A stretch of DNA of 64,000 nt from NCBI GenBank assembly GCA_964012805.1, contig CAXGUD010000005.1:78325-142324 (forward strand), written 5' to 3'. How positions within the stretch are numbered: position 1 is the first letter of the stretch; every line of letters begins with the position of its first letter. Origin of the DNA: an uncultured Bacteriovoracaceae bacterium (GTDB lineage Bacteria; Bdellovibrionota; Bacteriovoracia; Bacteriovoracales; Bacteriovoracaceae). The notes beneath the pieces are model-generated. The model did no database searches and was not told where the DNA came from. It saw only the letters and a program-made list of their open reading frames with translations. The position numbers were made by a program, and so were the translations under genes. Positions 19,125-28,254 of the stretch are shown here, piece by piece.

Positions 19125-20474
19125 TTAATTTAAATGGCTATACCGAGAATGCCCTTTTAAAAAAGTCTCAACAACTAAATCTTTGTAATCATTCCTTGAA
19201 AGCCCCTTAGGAGAACATAACCTCTTCAGAAAAGAGTCTACATCTTCACCTTTTTTCTTGGGAGGAGATGGAACAAAAATAAAATTGGCCCATTTTCCCG
19301 CTTCAATATTTCCTGTATTTTCGCCAATTCCTAAAATATTGGCCGGTACAAGAGTTGAACGGTTCAAGCCTTTAACGAAGGTCGCCCCCCAAACCTTTTT
19401 CTTTCTATTTTGTTTAACAAAAGAGTTAATGACATCAAACATTGAAAGAAATGGTCCTCCTCCAATATCAGAACCAAGGGCCCATTTAATCTTTGCCTTT
19501 TCGGCTTTTTCAAAATCAAAAAGACCCGAGCCAAGCCCCTTATCTTTAACTGGCGCATTAGAAGTTGGACAATGGGCAATTGCAGCTTTTGTTTTTGAAA
19601 GAATTTTCAACTCTTTCTCACTCAAATAAATTCCATGACCCATTATAGTTTTAGGCCCTAAGATTCCGCATTTTTGATATATTTCTGTATAAGATTTTAC
19701 TTTGTTAAATCCATCCATTTGACGGTACAAAGAAAGAACATATTCTATCTCTTGCTTCGTTTCTGATAGATGGGTTTGGATAAAGCAGCCATGCCTATTA
19801 GCAAAGAAAGCTCCTTTTTTCATGACATCAGGATGAGTTGTAGGTGCAAACCGAGGTGTAAGCGCATACTTACTTTTAAAAATTTTCGCCTTCTCCCTAA
19901 TTAGGTCTAAAGCGTTCTCTTTAGACTGAGTTAAGTAATCCGGAGAATTCATTGTCATGATGACATTTCCTAGGACAAAGTCTCCTTCAAAAAACTCAAT
20001 ACCATGGTCAACACTATGACCATGAAGAGAACCGTAACAGGCACCTCCTAAAGTCCCCACCTTTAATAGCTCTTTGGAAAAACCTTTTGCTTTTCTTAAA
20101 CTAAAATATTTTGACTTAAATTTGGCTTCATAAGGCCAGGTATGTTTTGAAAGCCACTCGAGCAATGACTTTTTTGGCATGAGTCTTACTTCATCTTGAA
20201 CCCAGTGAAAATGCAGATCAAAAAAGCTGGGCAAAAGAGTAAAGGATTTTCGATCAATTATTTCCAAGGACCGTTTACTTCCATATTTTCTTAGAATATC
20301 CTTTTCTTGTCCCTTATCATGGAAGACGTAAGAGGGAGCCCCACTTAGGGACAATTTTTGTGTCCGCAACAAGACTACAGCTCCACCGTCTATCCACTGA
20401 CATTTGTCATCTTTAAGAGGATTGATTATTTGACAAAGAAAAATTTTAAATTTTGGAAAAAAAGACCTCTCCAA
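19125..20474 (-). CDS. guaD: Guanine deaminase (amidohydrolase family)
   Basis: DLHFHWVQ, TPRFAPT, QTHLSET, HCPTSN..LGSGLF and LGSDIGGG motifs. Start re-assigned to TTG 20474 (GGAGG SD 6 nt upstream); the longer call overlaps nfeD head-to-head. Confidence 0.85.
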   Translation of the reverse strand: MERSFFPKFKIFLCQIINPLKDDKCQWIDGGAVVLLRTQKLSLSGAPSYVFHDKGQEKDILRKYGSKRSLEIIDRKSFTLLPSFFDLHFHWVQDEVRLMPKKSLLEWLSKHTWPYEAKFKSKYFSLRKAKGFSKELLKVGTLGGACYGSLHGHSVDHGIEFFEGDFVLGNVIMTMNSPDYLTQSKENALDLIREKAKIFKSKYALTPRFAPTTHPDVMKKGAFFANRHGCFIQTHLSETKQEIEYVLSLYRQMDGFNKVKSYTEIYQKCGILGPKTIMGHGIYLSEKELKILSKTKAAIAHCPTSNAPVKDKGLGSGLFDFEKAEKAKIKWALGSDIGGGPFLSMFDVINSFVKQNRKKKVWGATFVKGLNRSTLVPANILGIGENTGNIEAGKWANFIFVPSPPKKKGEDVDSFLKRLCSPKGLSRNDYKDLVVETFLKGHSRYSHLN

Positions 20475-20505
20475 GAGTAACCTCCAAAGTCGAGCCAGGA
20501 TTCCT

Positions 20506-21870
20506 ATGAAAACTTTATTTAATAATTTACCTAAGCATTTACTCTCAAGCTTTCTCTCTCTTTTTTTCTTCTTAAACATAGTTTCAGCCCAAACGAACAA
20601 TATACAAGAAAAAGAGTCCAAATTACAAGTTTGGAATGTAAAACAAATTCTTAAAATTGAGATAAACTCTTCAATCAACCCAGCGACCTTCAATTACCTT
20701 TCTATGGCCTATAAGAAGGTGAAGGAGGAAAACTACAACCTCCTTTTAATTAAAATGAATACTCCCGGGGGACTTGTTTCGACAACTCAGCAAATCCTAA
20801 CATTGATAGGAAGTGACGAGGTCCCAGTTGTAATCTGGGTTGCTCCAGGTGGGGCGAGTGCAACAAGTGCAGGAGCCATAATATCTTCAGGTGCTCATGC
20901 TCTCTATATGGCAGAAGGAACAAGTATTGGAGCTGCAACTCCTATAGAAATGAGTGGGGATATTAAAGCAAAGGATGCTAGGAAAAAGGCAATTAACTCA
21001 TTAGTCTCTCTAGTTGAATCTCTTTCGGAAGCACGGGGAAGAAATAAAAAAATGTTCGCCAATATGGTTAAAGAAGCCTCTTCCTTCAATGCAGCTGACG
21101 CTAAAGAAAAAAATATTATTGACGGTATCGCAAATGGCATCTCGGATATTTACGATGACCTTGAAGGTAAGGAAATAACTCTTAAAGGTAAGCGTTATAC
21201 CATTCAAGTAAATAGCCCAACGGTAAAATTCTTTCAGATGGACCTGGGTCAAAAACTTCTCGATACCCTTGCTAACCCTTCTATGGCCTATATCCTTTTC
21301 CTTATTGGAGCTGCTCTCATTTATCTTGAAATTCAGTCACCAGGAGGTCTCATTGCGGGTTCTATCGGGGCCTTCTGTTTACTTCTCGCAGGGATCGGTT
21401 TTCAGATACTCCCTCTCAATTTTGGAGCTTTAGGTCTTATCCTTCTCTCTTTCATGCTCTTTATTTTAGAAGCCTATGTTCTTAGCTATGGGCTTTTGAC
21501 ACTAGCAGGACTTTTGGCCCTTACAGCAGGAAGTTTATTCCTTTATAGAACCGATGAAGCTTACCTTCAGATGAGTTACTCACTCATCTTTTCAGCAGTG
21601 GCCTCTATAGGTATTTTCGTTGGTATCTTGGGATATTACTTAGCTCGCGACTGGAAAAATCGGAAGACCGGAAGTGCCGACGACTACAATAGTCCTCTTG
21701 GCAAAAAAGGTTTTATAGTCGATATTATTGAGTCTGAAGAAGAAAATGTCTATCTTTATCAAGTAAAAGTAGGCGGTGAGTTTTGGAAGGCTCAATCTTC
21801 CAAGCGTTTTAATAAAGAAGATCAATGTGAAATAAAAAAACAAGATAAACTGCTACTGACTATTGAATAA
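20506..21870 (+). CDS. nfeD: NfeD-family membrane-bound serine protease (long form)
   Basis: Signal peptide, NTPGG, A(T)SAG, IGAATP, TM block and C-terminal OB domain (GEFWKA). Adjacent to a stomatin gene. Confidence 0.9.
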   Translation: MKTLFNNLPKHLLSSFLSLFFFLNIVSAQTNNIQEKESKLQVWNVKQILKIEINSSINPATFNYLSMAYKKVKEENYNLLLIKMNTPGGLVSTTQQILTLIGSDEVPVVIWVAPGGASATSAGAIISSGAHALYMAEGTSIGAATPIEMSGDIKAKDARKKAINSLVSLVESLSEARGRNKKMFANMVKEASSFNAADAKEKNIIDGIANGISDIYDDLEGKEITLKGKRYTIQVNSPTVKFFQMDLGQKLLDTLANPSMAYILFLIGAALIYLEIQSPGGLIAGSIGAFCLLLAGIGFQILPLNFGALGLILLSFMLFILEAYVLSYGLLTLAGLLALTAGSLFLYRTDEAYLQMSYSLIFSAVASIGIFVGILGYYLARDWKNRKTGSADDYNSPLGKKGFIVDIIESEEENVYLYQVKVGGEFWKAQSSKRFNKEDQCEIKKQDKLLLTIE

Positions 21871-21908
21871 ATTTTTGGTGGTAGAAAATTTTCAAGGAGA
21901 AAAAGGCT

Positions 21909-22658
21909 ATGGGTTTAGGTTTTATGGTTGGTTTCATTATCCTTATTATTTTGCTCTTCAACACGCTCAAAATTCTTAAAGAATATGAAAGAGCTGTGGT
22001 TTTTAGACTTGGTCGCTTTACCGGTATCAGAGGGCCTGGGCTTATTATCCTCATACCTGGAATTGAAACCATGACTAGAGTTGACCTCAGAACGGTTACC
22101 ATGGATATTCCATCTCAAGATATCATCACAAGAGATAATGTTACTCTTAAGGTAAATGGTGTCGTATATTTCAGAGTTAATGATGCTGAAAAAGCAACCA
22201 TAGCAGTAGAGGACTACCTGGTCGCTACGGGACAAATTTCTCAGACAACACTTCGGTCTGTGATCGGCCAATTTGAACTAGATCAAATCCTCTCTCAGAG
22301 AGACCAGATTAACGTAAAGCTTCAAAATATATTGGATGAGCAGACAGAACCGTGGGGAGTTAAAGTTTCATCCGTTGAGGTCAAGGCAATTGACCTACCA
22401 ATGGAAATGCAAAGTGCAATGGCAAAACAAGCTCAGGCAGAAAGGGATAAAAGGGCCAAAGTCATTTCAGCAGAAGGGGAACTTGATGCGTCCATTAAAT
22501 TAGCTGAAGCTGCAGCAGTACTAGACAAGCAAAAAAATGCAATTATTTTAAGATATCTAGATACAATGAAAGAGATATCTAGTGGTGAAGGAAAAAGTAC
22601 GACATTCTTTCCATTACCGGTCAACTTCTTAGAAAATATTATGGGTGATAAAAAGTAA
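21909..22658 (+). CDS. SPFH/stomatin (slipin) family protein
   Basis: EYERAVVFRLGR, GPGL, QTTLRSVIG and MAKQAQAERDKRAKVISAEGE motifs. AAGGAG SD. Confidence 0.93.
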   Translation: MGLGFMVGFIILIILLFNTLKILKEYERAVVFRLGRFTGIRGPGLIILIPGIETMTRVDLRTVTMDIPSQDIITRDNVTLKVNGVVYFRVNDAEKATIAVEDYLVATGQISQTTLRSVIGQFELDQILSQRDQINVKLQNILDEQTEPWGVKVSSVEVKAIDLPMEMQSAMAKQAQAERDKRAKVISAEGELDASIKLAEAAAVLDKQKNAIILRYLDTMKEISSGEGKSTTFFPLPVNFLENIMGDKK

Positions 22659-22666
22659 TTAGTTAT

Positions 22667-22704
22667 AGGACTTACAGTGATAAAAAAAGGTTTCTGTAAG
22701 TCCT
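22667..22704. terminator. Hairpin between convergent genes
   Basis: AGGACTTACAG-16 nt-CTGTAAGTCCT followed by a T-rich tract. Confidence 0.55.
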
Positions 22705-22722
22705 TTTATTTCTCTTTCGTTT

Positions 22723-23376
22723 TTATTGATTACTTGAAGAAAATGTCTTTGCCCAAGGAATATCCACTGCAGATTTTTCTCCATTAGCTTTCTCAATCAT
22801 TTTCCTCGCAACTTCGATAGACTCAATTGCTGCGTACTGCTTTAAAGATCCTCTTAGAAAGAAACCCAAAGGTTTCATGAAAAACTCCCCCAACTTTTCT
22901 CCCAGCCGAGCTTCCTCTCTAGATCCTAAAAGCAATGAAGGCCTTACTATAGTCACATGAGCTGGGCCAAACTTTATAATATCTTCCTCAATTCTTCCTT
23001 TCACTTTATTATAAAAGATGGAAGATTTTGAATTAGCTCCCATTGCAGAAACTAGAATAAAATGCTTACCGCCATGTTTATTTAAAAGTTTTGCAGCACG
23101 AAGAACATACTCGTAATCTACTTTTTCAAAGTTCTTCTTGGATTTTGCCTTCTTAATTGTTGTCCCTAAGCAACAAAAAAGATGATCAACACAAAAGTAT
23201 TCGGCCCATTGATCCATATGGTTAAAGTCTATCTCTAACTGAAGTAACTTTTCATGTTCTAGTGATAACTTACCTCTAACAAGGCTTATCACCTCCTCAT
23301 ACCTATCATCTTTTAATAAAAGCTTAATGACATCTTTGCCAACTAAGCCAGTTCCACCTAAAACTAATGCTTTCAT
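22723..23376 (-). CDS. NAD(P)-binding oxidoreductase (YraR/TIP30-like atypical SDR)
   Basis: LGGTGLVG, CCLGTTIKKA, VSAMGA..S..FYNKVKG and RPSLLLG motifs. Confidence 0.88.
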   Translation of the reverse strand: MKALVLGGTGLVGKDVIKLLLKDDRYEEVISLVRGKLSLEHEKLLQLEIDFNHMDQWAEYFCVDHLFCCLGTTIKKAKSKKNFEKVDYEYVLRAAKLLNKHGGKHFILVSAMGANSKSSIFYNKVKGRIEEDIIKFGPAHVTIVRPSLLLGSREEARLGEKLGEFFMKPLGFFLRGSLKQYAAIESIEVARKMIEKANGEKSAVDIPWAKTFSSSNQ

Positions 23377-23389
23377 TCACTATAATCCT

Positions 23390-23428
23390 TTGTGCAGAAT
23401 GAATTTTATCATAATTCATTCTGCACAA
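23390..23428. repeat. Perfect 16-bp inverted repeat with 7-nt spacer in a divergent intergenic region
   Basis: TTGTGCAGAATGAATT-ttatcat-AATTCATTCTGCACAA. Confidence 0.9.
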
Positions 23429-23438
23429 TAAAAGTTTT

Positions 23439-23467
23439 TTGACAGGAAGATTTAGTCGCTTTATGTT
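23439..23467 (+). promoter_or_regulatory. sigma70-type promoter of the regulator-fabF-acp-ole gene run
   Basis: TTGACA-17 nt-TATGTT, 54 nt upstream of ATG 23522. Confidence 0.6.
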
Positions 23468-23521
23468 TAGACCTCGAATATTTTATTTTTGAAATATAAA
23501 ATTGGCTTCAGATTTTAAAAA

Positions 23522-24187
23522 ATGGAAAATCAAAATACTAACAATACAGATCAAAATAATAGTTCGGCTCCTAATGGGTTTGATCTTAAAGGGTTTGAAG
23601 ACTTTTTCAACTCTATCGGCTTCAAGAGAGTGGATGGATCCGTGTTCGGCTTACTCGTTCTTTCTCAGATAGCATTGACTAGCGAAGACATTGAAAAATC
23701 ACTAGGGCTGTCTCAAAGCGCAACGAGTATATCTCTCAAAAAACTCCATCACTTTGGGGCCATCGAAACGAGGGATAGTAGGGAAAAGAGAGTAAAACTA
23801 CACGAAGCAAAAGAAGACTGTCTCGAAATTGTCACAACTTTATTCAAAAAAAGAGAGCAGGAAAATATTAGACAATTTAAAGCCTTTGCAGAAAGCCTCT
23901 TAAGTAAAAACCCAGAGTTTGCCATAAGCCCTAAGGACCCCAGGTATAAGAAAATTAAATCGATTATTTTAACATGTGATATTGCCGAATCTGTTATTAA
24001 GTTTGTCATTAACTTATCAAACCTTCAGATACCAAAGGATTATCCTTCTATTGTTAAAAAACTTCCCCTGGCCTTAGATATTATATCGCAAAGTGCACAA
24101 CCTCTCGTAAGCTTTACGACTCAAATAAAAACAAACTGGGCCGATAGAGTCAAAAATGGCTTATCACGATTTTCAGGAGACCAATAA
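23522..24187 (+). CDS. GbsR/MarR-like winged-helix transcriptional regulator
   Basis: GFKRVDGSVFGLLVLS..LTSEDIEKSLGLSQSATSISLKKL...GAI wHTH pattern. Its TAA is directly followed by the ATG of the KS gene. Confidence 0.75.
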   Translation: MENQNTNNTDQNNSSAPNGFDLKGFEDFFNSIGFKRVDGSVFGLLVLSQIALTSEDIEKSLGLSQSATSISLKKLHHFGAIETRDSREKRVKLHEAKEDCLEIVTTLFKKREQENIRQFKAFAESLLSKNPEFAISPKDPRYKKIKSIILTCDIAESVIKFVINLSNLQIPKDYPSIVKKLPLALDIISQSAQPLVSFTTQIKTNWADRVKNGLSRFSGDQ

Positions 24188-25432
24188 ATGCCTTCACAAT
24201 TTTCACGCATCGTCATTACAGGTGTCGGATTAGCTGCACCAAACGGAAACAACCTTTCAGAGTTCCGCCAGGCCCTCCTTCAAAATAAATCTGGAATTAA
24301 GCATAAAGAAATCCGCCATATGGGTAAAGTAGCAGCGGGGGAATGTGATTTTGATGAAACAAAGCACCAATCAAGAAAAGCTCGCCGTCGAGGTACCAGG
24401 GCGGGAGCAACCTCCATTTACTGTGCAAATGAATCACTTTTAGATTCAAATATTGAACTTTCAATGGTCGATAAATCGAAAATAGGCATTTATCTAGGAA
24501 TTACTGAGCATGGAAATGTTGAAACGGAAAATGAAGTTCACCTCCTTTACCAAAATGACCTAAATACAAGCTTCTGGTCACACCACCATAATCCTAGAAC
24601 AGTCTCTAATAACCCAGCAGGAGAGGTCTCTCTTAATTTGAAAGTTACAGGACCAGCCTATACTATTGGTGCTGCGTGTGCGGCTGGCAATATGGGGCTT
24701 ATCCACGCTTGCCAAATGCTAAGGCTTCATGAAGTTGATATTGCGTTAGCTGGAGGCGTTTCTGAGAGTACAGAAACATTTGGAATTTTTGCAGCTTTTG
24801 GAGCGCAAGGGGCGCTTGGGGAACACTCAAACCCCGAACTAGCAACAAGACCTCTAGATATAGACAGAAGTGGTATCGTTGTTTCAGAGGGAGGCGCCAT
24901 TTTTACCCTTGAAAGACTAGAGGATGCATTAAAAAGAGGGGCTAAAATTTACGGAGAAATCATTGGCTATCATGTTAACTCTGATGCCTCTGACTTTGTT
25001 CTACCTAATAGTGAAAGACAAAAACAATGCATAAGCGCAGCTCTTAAAAGAGCTCATCTGGAAGCAGATGACATTGATATTGTAAACCTTCACGCAACTG
25101 GAACTGTTCAAGGCGACATCCAAGAGTGTCAAGCCGTCCGTGAAACATTTAATTTAAACCCTGGGTCAAATACACATATAAATTTTACTAAAGGTCTTAT
25201 TGGTCATGCCATGGGAGCTGCGGGAGCCCTTGAGCTAGCAGGAAATTTACCAAGTTTTGAAGATAATTTTGTCCATCCAACAGGCTATCTTAACCAAATC
25301 GATGAAAAGTGTGCCCTTAAGAATCTTGTTGGAAAAACAAAAGTTCAAAAAAAAGTAAATACAATTTTGAATAACTCTTTTGGAATGCTAGGTATAAACT
25401 CAAGCCTTATTGTCCAAAAATATAGAGGTTAA
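24188..25432 (+). CDS. fabF: Beta-ketoacyl-ACP synthase (FabF/FabB family)
   Basis: Cys-His-His triad: AACAAG, NLHATGT, KGLIGHAMGAAG. C-terminal NNSFG. Confidence 0.88.
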   Translation: MPSQFSRIVITGVGLAAPNGNNLSEFRQALLQNKSGIKHKEIRHMGKVAAGECDFDETKHQSRKARRRGTRAGATSIYCANESLLDSNIELSMVDKSKIGIYLGITEHGNVETENEVHLLYQNDLNTSFWSHHHNPRTVSNNPAGEVSLNLKVTGPAYTIGAACAAGNMGLIHACQMLRLHEVDIALAGGVSESTETFGIFAAFGAQGALGEHSNPELATRPLDIDRSGIVVSEGGAIFTLERLEDALKRGAKIYGEIIGYHVNSDASDFVLPNSERQKQCISAALKRAHLEADDIDIVNLHATGTVQGDIQECQAVRETFNLNPGSNTHINFTKGLIGHAMGAAGALELAGNLPSFEDNFVHPTGYLNQIDEKCALKNLVGKTKVQKKVNTILNNSFGMLGINSSLIVQKYRG

Positions 25433-25531
25433 AACACGGCCATAAATTTTTATTTTAAATATAGAATTTACAAAATATTAAATTTAAAATCATTACAGTT
25501 TTTGAATTGAAATGCTTTAGAAGGAGTCAAA

Positions 25532-25777
25532 ATGGAAAATGCACAAGTTAGAGAAGCAGTTATGAATATTATAGCAGACATCGCACTAGATGAAGATGTT
25601 ACTCAAATCAAGGACGACCTTGCTCTTAGAGACCAACTCGATTTAGATTCGATGGATTTTTTAGATATTGTTATGGAGCTAAAAAAACGCCACAAGATTG
25701 AAGTTCCTCAAGAAGACTACCCGAAACTCGCCACGATGGAATCATGTGTTAATTACCTAGGTCCAAAGTTTCATTAA
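25532..25777 (+). CDS. Acyl carrier protein
   Basis: Acidic 81 aa with LDLDSMD phosphopantetheine site. AAGGAG SD. Confidence 0.93.
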   Translation: MENAQVREAVMNIIADIALDEDVTQIKDDLALRDQLDLDSMDFLDIVMELKKRHKIEVPQEDYPKLATMESCVNYLGPKFH

Positions 25778-25822
25778 TTAGAGCTTCCCTTACTTCAGAA
25801 GGACACAATAAAGGCTAACTTC

Positions 25823-27226
25823 ATGCAAGAAAAGTATGATGTCATTGTAATAGGCGCAGGCCTCTCAGGTTTAGCAGCTGGAATAAGACTGGCAATGTTT
25901 GGAAAAAAAGTATGCATTCTAGAGAAGCATTCAATTCCAGGGGGCTTAAACTCTTTTTACCAAAGAAAAGGAGTTCAATTTGATGTGGGTCTCCATGCAC
26001 TCACAAACTTTGCTAAAAGAGGTGAAAAGGGTTTGCCTCTTACGAAGATCCTTAAACAGTTAAGAATTTCTTATGATGAGCTTGACCTGAAAGAACAGTT
26101 TTTTTCCCAAATTGCTTTTCCAGATCTCAGCCTGTCCTTTACTAACGAGCTCGAGTTTCTTGTTGAAGAAATAAATAAAAATTTTCCTGAGGAATCAGAC
26201 TCCTTTTTAAAACTAGTCGAAAAGGTAAAACAATTTAATGCTTTTAGTCTAGACCAAGATTTTGTTTCCACAAGAGAAATCCTTCCCCAATACATCAAAG
26301 ATCCTCTATTACAGGAAATGATTTTAGCTCCAACTCTTGCCTACGGAAGTGCCTGGGAAAACGATGTCGACTTTTCTCAATTTGTTATTCTATTTAGAAG
26401 TATCTTCTTAGAAGGCCTTTCAAAGCCTATGGGCGGTATAAGAAAAGTTCTTGGTCTTTTAGAAAAAAGATTTAATGAAAATGGAGGAATTCTAAAATAT
26501 AAGTCCCCAGTAAAAAATATTATACAGAATACCAAAGGTGTCGAAGGAGTTATTCTTAAAAATGGGACCATACTCAAATCTGATACGATCATTTCTTCGG
26601 CAGGTTTCCCAGAAACGATGGATATGGTTGAAGAAGAACTCCCTCCCAAAATAAGTCCAGAGGTTGGAAGCTTCAGTTTTACAGAAAGCATTGCTGTTTT
26701 AAATAAAAAGCCCAAAGAGCTAGGACAAAAAGCCGCTACCATTTTTTATTCATCTCTTCCCAAATATAAATATGAAAATCCAAAAACTCATTATGGAACG
26801 GAAACTGCAATTTTAAGCTTTCCAAATAACTTTGAAGAAGATCCAATGGAAGAAGGTATGGCAAGGGTTACTTTTTTGGCCAACTACAACCTTTGGAAAC
26901 AACTTGATCGTGCGTCTTACAAAGATAAAAAAGAAGAAGTTTTTGAATCATCACTCAGACTTTTTGAAGAATTTTGCCCTAAAATTAAGGACCACCTCAT
27001 ACTTAAAGATGTTTTTACACCAACAACGATAGAAAAATTTACAAATCATAAGAAAGGAACAATCTATGGGAGTCCTCAAAAACAAAAGAGAGGGACGACA
27101 CCTATAAAAGGGCTTATTCTTTGTGGTACTGACCAAGGCTTTCTTGGAATTATTGGCTCTCTTCTCAGTGGAATTTCAATGGCCAACCTTCACGGTTTCT
27201 CCCCAACCCAAGGAGCAACCTCTTGA
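25823..27226 (+). CDS. FAD-dependent oxidoreductase, phytoene desaturase (CrtI)-like family
   Basis: IGAGLSGL Rossmann motif, LEKH..PGG, FDVGLH, FTPTT..FT..GTIYG and CGTDQGFLGIIG motifs. Confidence 0.88.
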   Translation: MQEKYDVIVIGAGLSGLAAGIRLAMFGKKVCILEKHSIPGGLNSFYQRKGVQFDVGLHALTNFAKRGEKGLPLTKILKQLRISYDELDLKEQFFSQIAFPDLSLSFTNELEFLVEEINKNFPEESDSFLKLVEKVKQFNAFSLDQDFVSTREILPQYIKDPLLQEMILAPTLAYGSAWENDVDFSQFVILFRSIFLEGLSKPMGGIRKVLGLLEKRFNENGGILKYKSPVKNIIQNTKGVEGVILKNGTILKSDTIISSAGFPETMDMVEEELPPKISPEVGSFSFTESIAVLNKKPKELGQKAATIFYSSLPKYKYENPKTHYGTETAILSFPNNFEEDPMEEGMARVTFLANYNLWKQLDRASYKDKKEEVFESSLRLFEEFCPKIKDHLILKDVFTPTTIEKFTNHKKGTIYGSPQKQKRGTTPIKGLILCGTDQGFLGIIGSLLSGISMANLHGFSPTQGATS

Positions 27227-28254
27227 AGTTTTCCAAAGTCCGCCTAGCATCCATAGGACACTTTCTTCCTAATAAAGTAATGACTTCTGAAGAACTCGAA
27301 ATGAGATGTGATAAACTCTATCAACGTTTAAACCTTCCGCACGGAAGGTTAGAATTAATGACGGGTATAAAAGAAAGACGCTACTGGGATGTAGGCACAA
27401 AGCCTAGTTTTATTGCAACAGAAGCGGCAAAAGACGCTCTTTTTAAAACTCATATAGAAAGTCATGAAGTAGACTTTTTAATTCATGCCTCTGTATGTAG
27501 AGACTTTCTTGAGCCTGCAACCTCTTCAGTAGTCCACCAAAACTTGGGACTAAAAAGTCGATGTGGAATTTTTGATCTTTCAAATGCTTGTCTCGGTGTT
27601 CAAAGTGCCATGGTGACTGTAGCTTCCATGATTGAACAAGGACAAATAAGATCTGGACTTATTGTTAGTGGAGAAAACAGTGGTCCTCTTATTTTTGAAA
27701 CTATCCGCTTTTTAAATTCAAATCCAAACCTAAATAGAAAAAATGTAAAAGAATATATAGCGAATCTAACTATTGGATCTGCGGGAGTTGCAGTCCTTCT
27801 TAGCGATGAAGGCATTTGCCCTGAAGGACCTCGCATTCTTGGCGGTGTTACAATGACACACTCTAATGCTAACCACCTTTGTCAAGGCGAAGGTGATATT
27901 CATTCCCTTATGATGAAAACAGACTCAGAGGAACTCCTGAAAGCAGGAATTCAATTAGCCCAGGAAACTTGGGAAGAAACAAAAAAAGAACTTAATTGGA
28001 GCAACGATATGATTGACTGGGTAATTGGTCATCAGGTTGGCCAAGCCCATGAAGAAGGAATTTTAAAAGGGTTAGGCTTATTCGAAAAAAAGACGTTTAA
28101 AACTTACGAGAACTTTGGAAATACAGGCTCTGCTGCTCTACCTTTAACTCTATCACTTCTAAAAGACTCAAAAAAAGTAAAACCAAATGATAAAATGACC
28201 CTTTTAGGGATTGGAAGTGGGCTAAGTTGCCTTATGTTGGGGGTCCAATGGTAG
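27223..28254 (+). CDS. oleA: OleA acyl-CoA:acyl-CoA alkyltransferase (thiolase/FabH fold)
   Basis: TGIKERR, RDFLEPA (Glu), SNACLG (Cys), GHQVG (His), GNTGSA (Asn) and LGIGSGL motifs. Followed by oleBCD. Confidence 0.9.
   Translation: MKFSKVRLASIGHFLPNKVMTSEELEMRCDKLYQRLNLPHGRLELMTGIKERRYWDVGTKPSFIATEAAKDALFKTHIESHEVDFLIHASVCRDFLEPATSSVVHQNLGLKSRCGIFDLSNACLGVQSAMVTVASMIEQGQIRSGLIVSGENSGPLIFETIRFLNSNPNLNRKNVKEYIANLTIGSAGVAVLLSDEGICPEGPRILGGVTMTHSNANHLCQGEGDIHSLMMKTDSEELLKAGIQLAQETWEETKKELNWSNDMIDWVIGHQVGQAHEEGILKGLGLFEKKTFKTYENFGNTGSAALPLTLSLLKDSKKVKPNDKMTLLGIGSGLSCLMLGVQW

Noticed and set aside
20475..20693. N-terminal 73 codons of the 522-aa ORF call for guanine deaminase
   Set aside because: Overlaps the nfeD signal-peptide region on the opposite strand. 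A TTG with a GGAGG SD at 20474 gives a normal-length enzyme.
25442..25457. ATAAATTTTTATTTTA before the ACP gene, resembling a GbsR-type operator
   Set aside because: A pure A/T sequence in a very AT-rich spacer, so a chance match cannot be excluded.
27223..28254. The thiolase-fold gene as the missing HMG-CoA synthase or as plain FabH
   Set aside because: Its motifs and position directly before oleB, oleC and oleD identify it as OleA.
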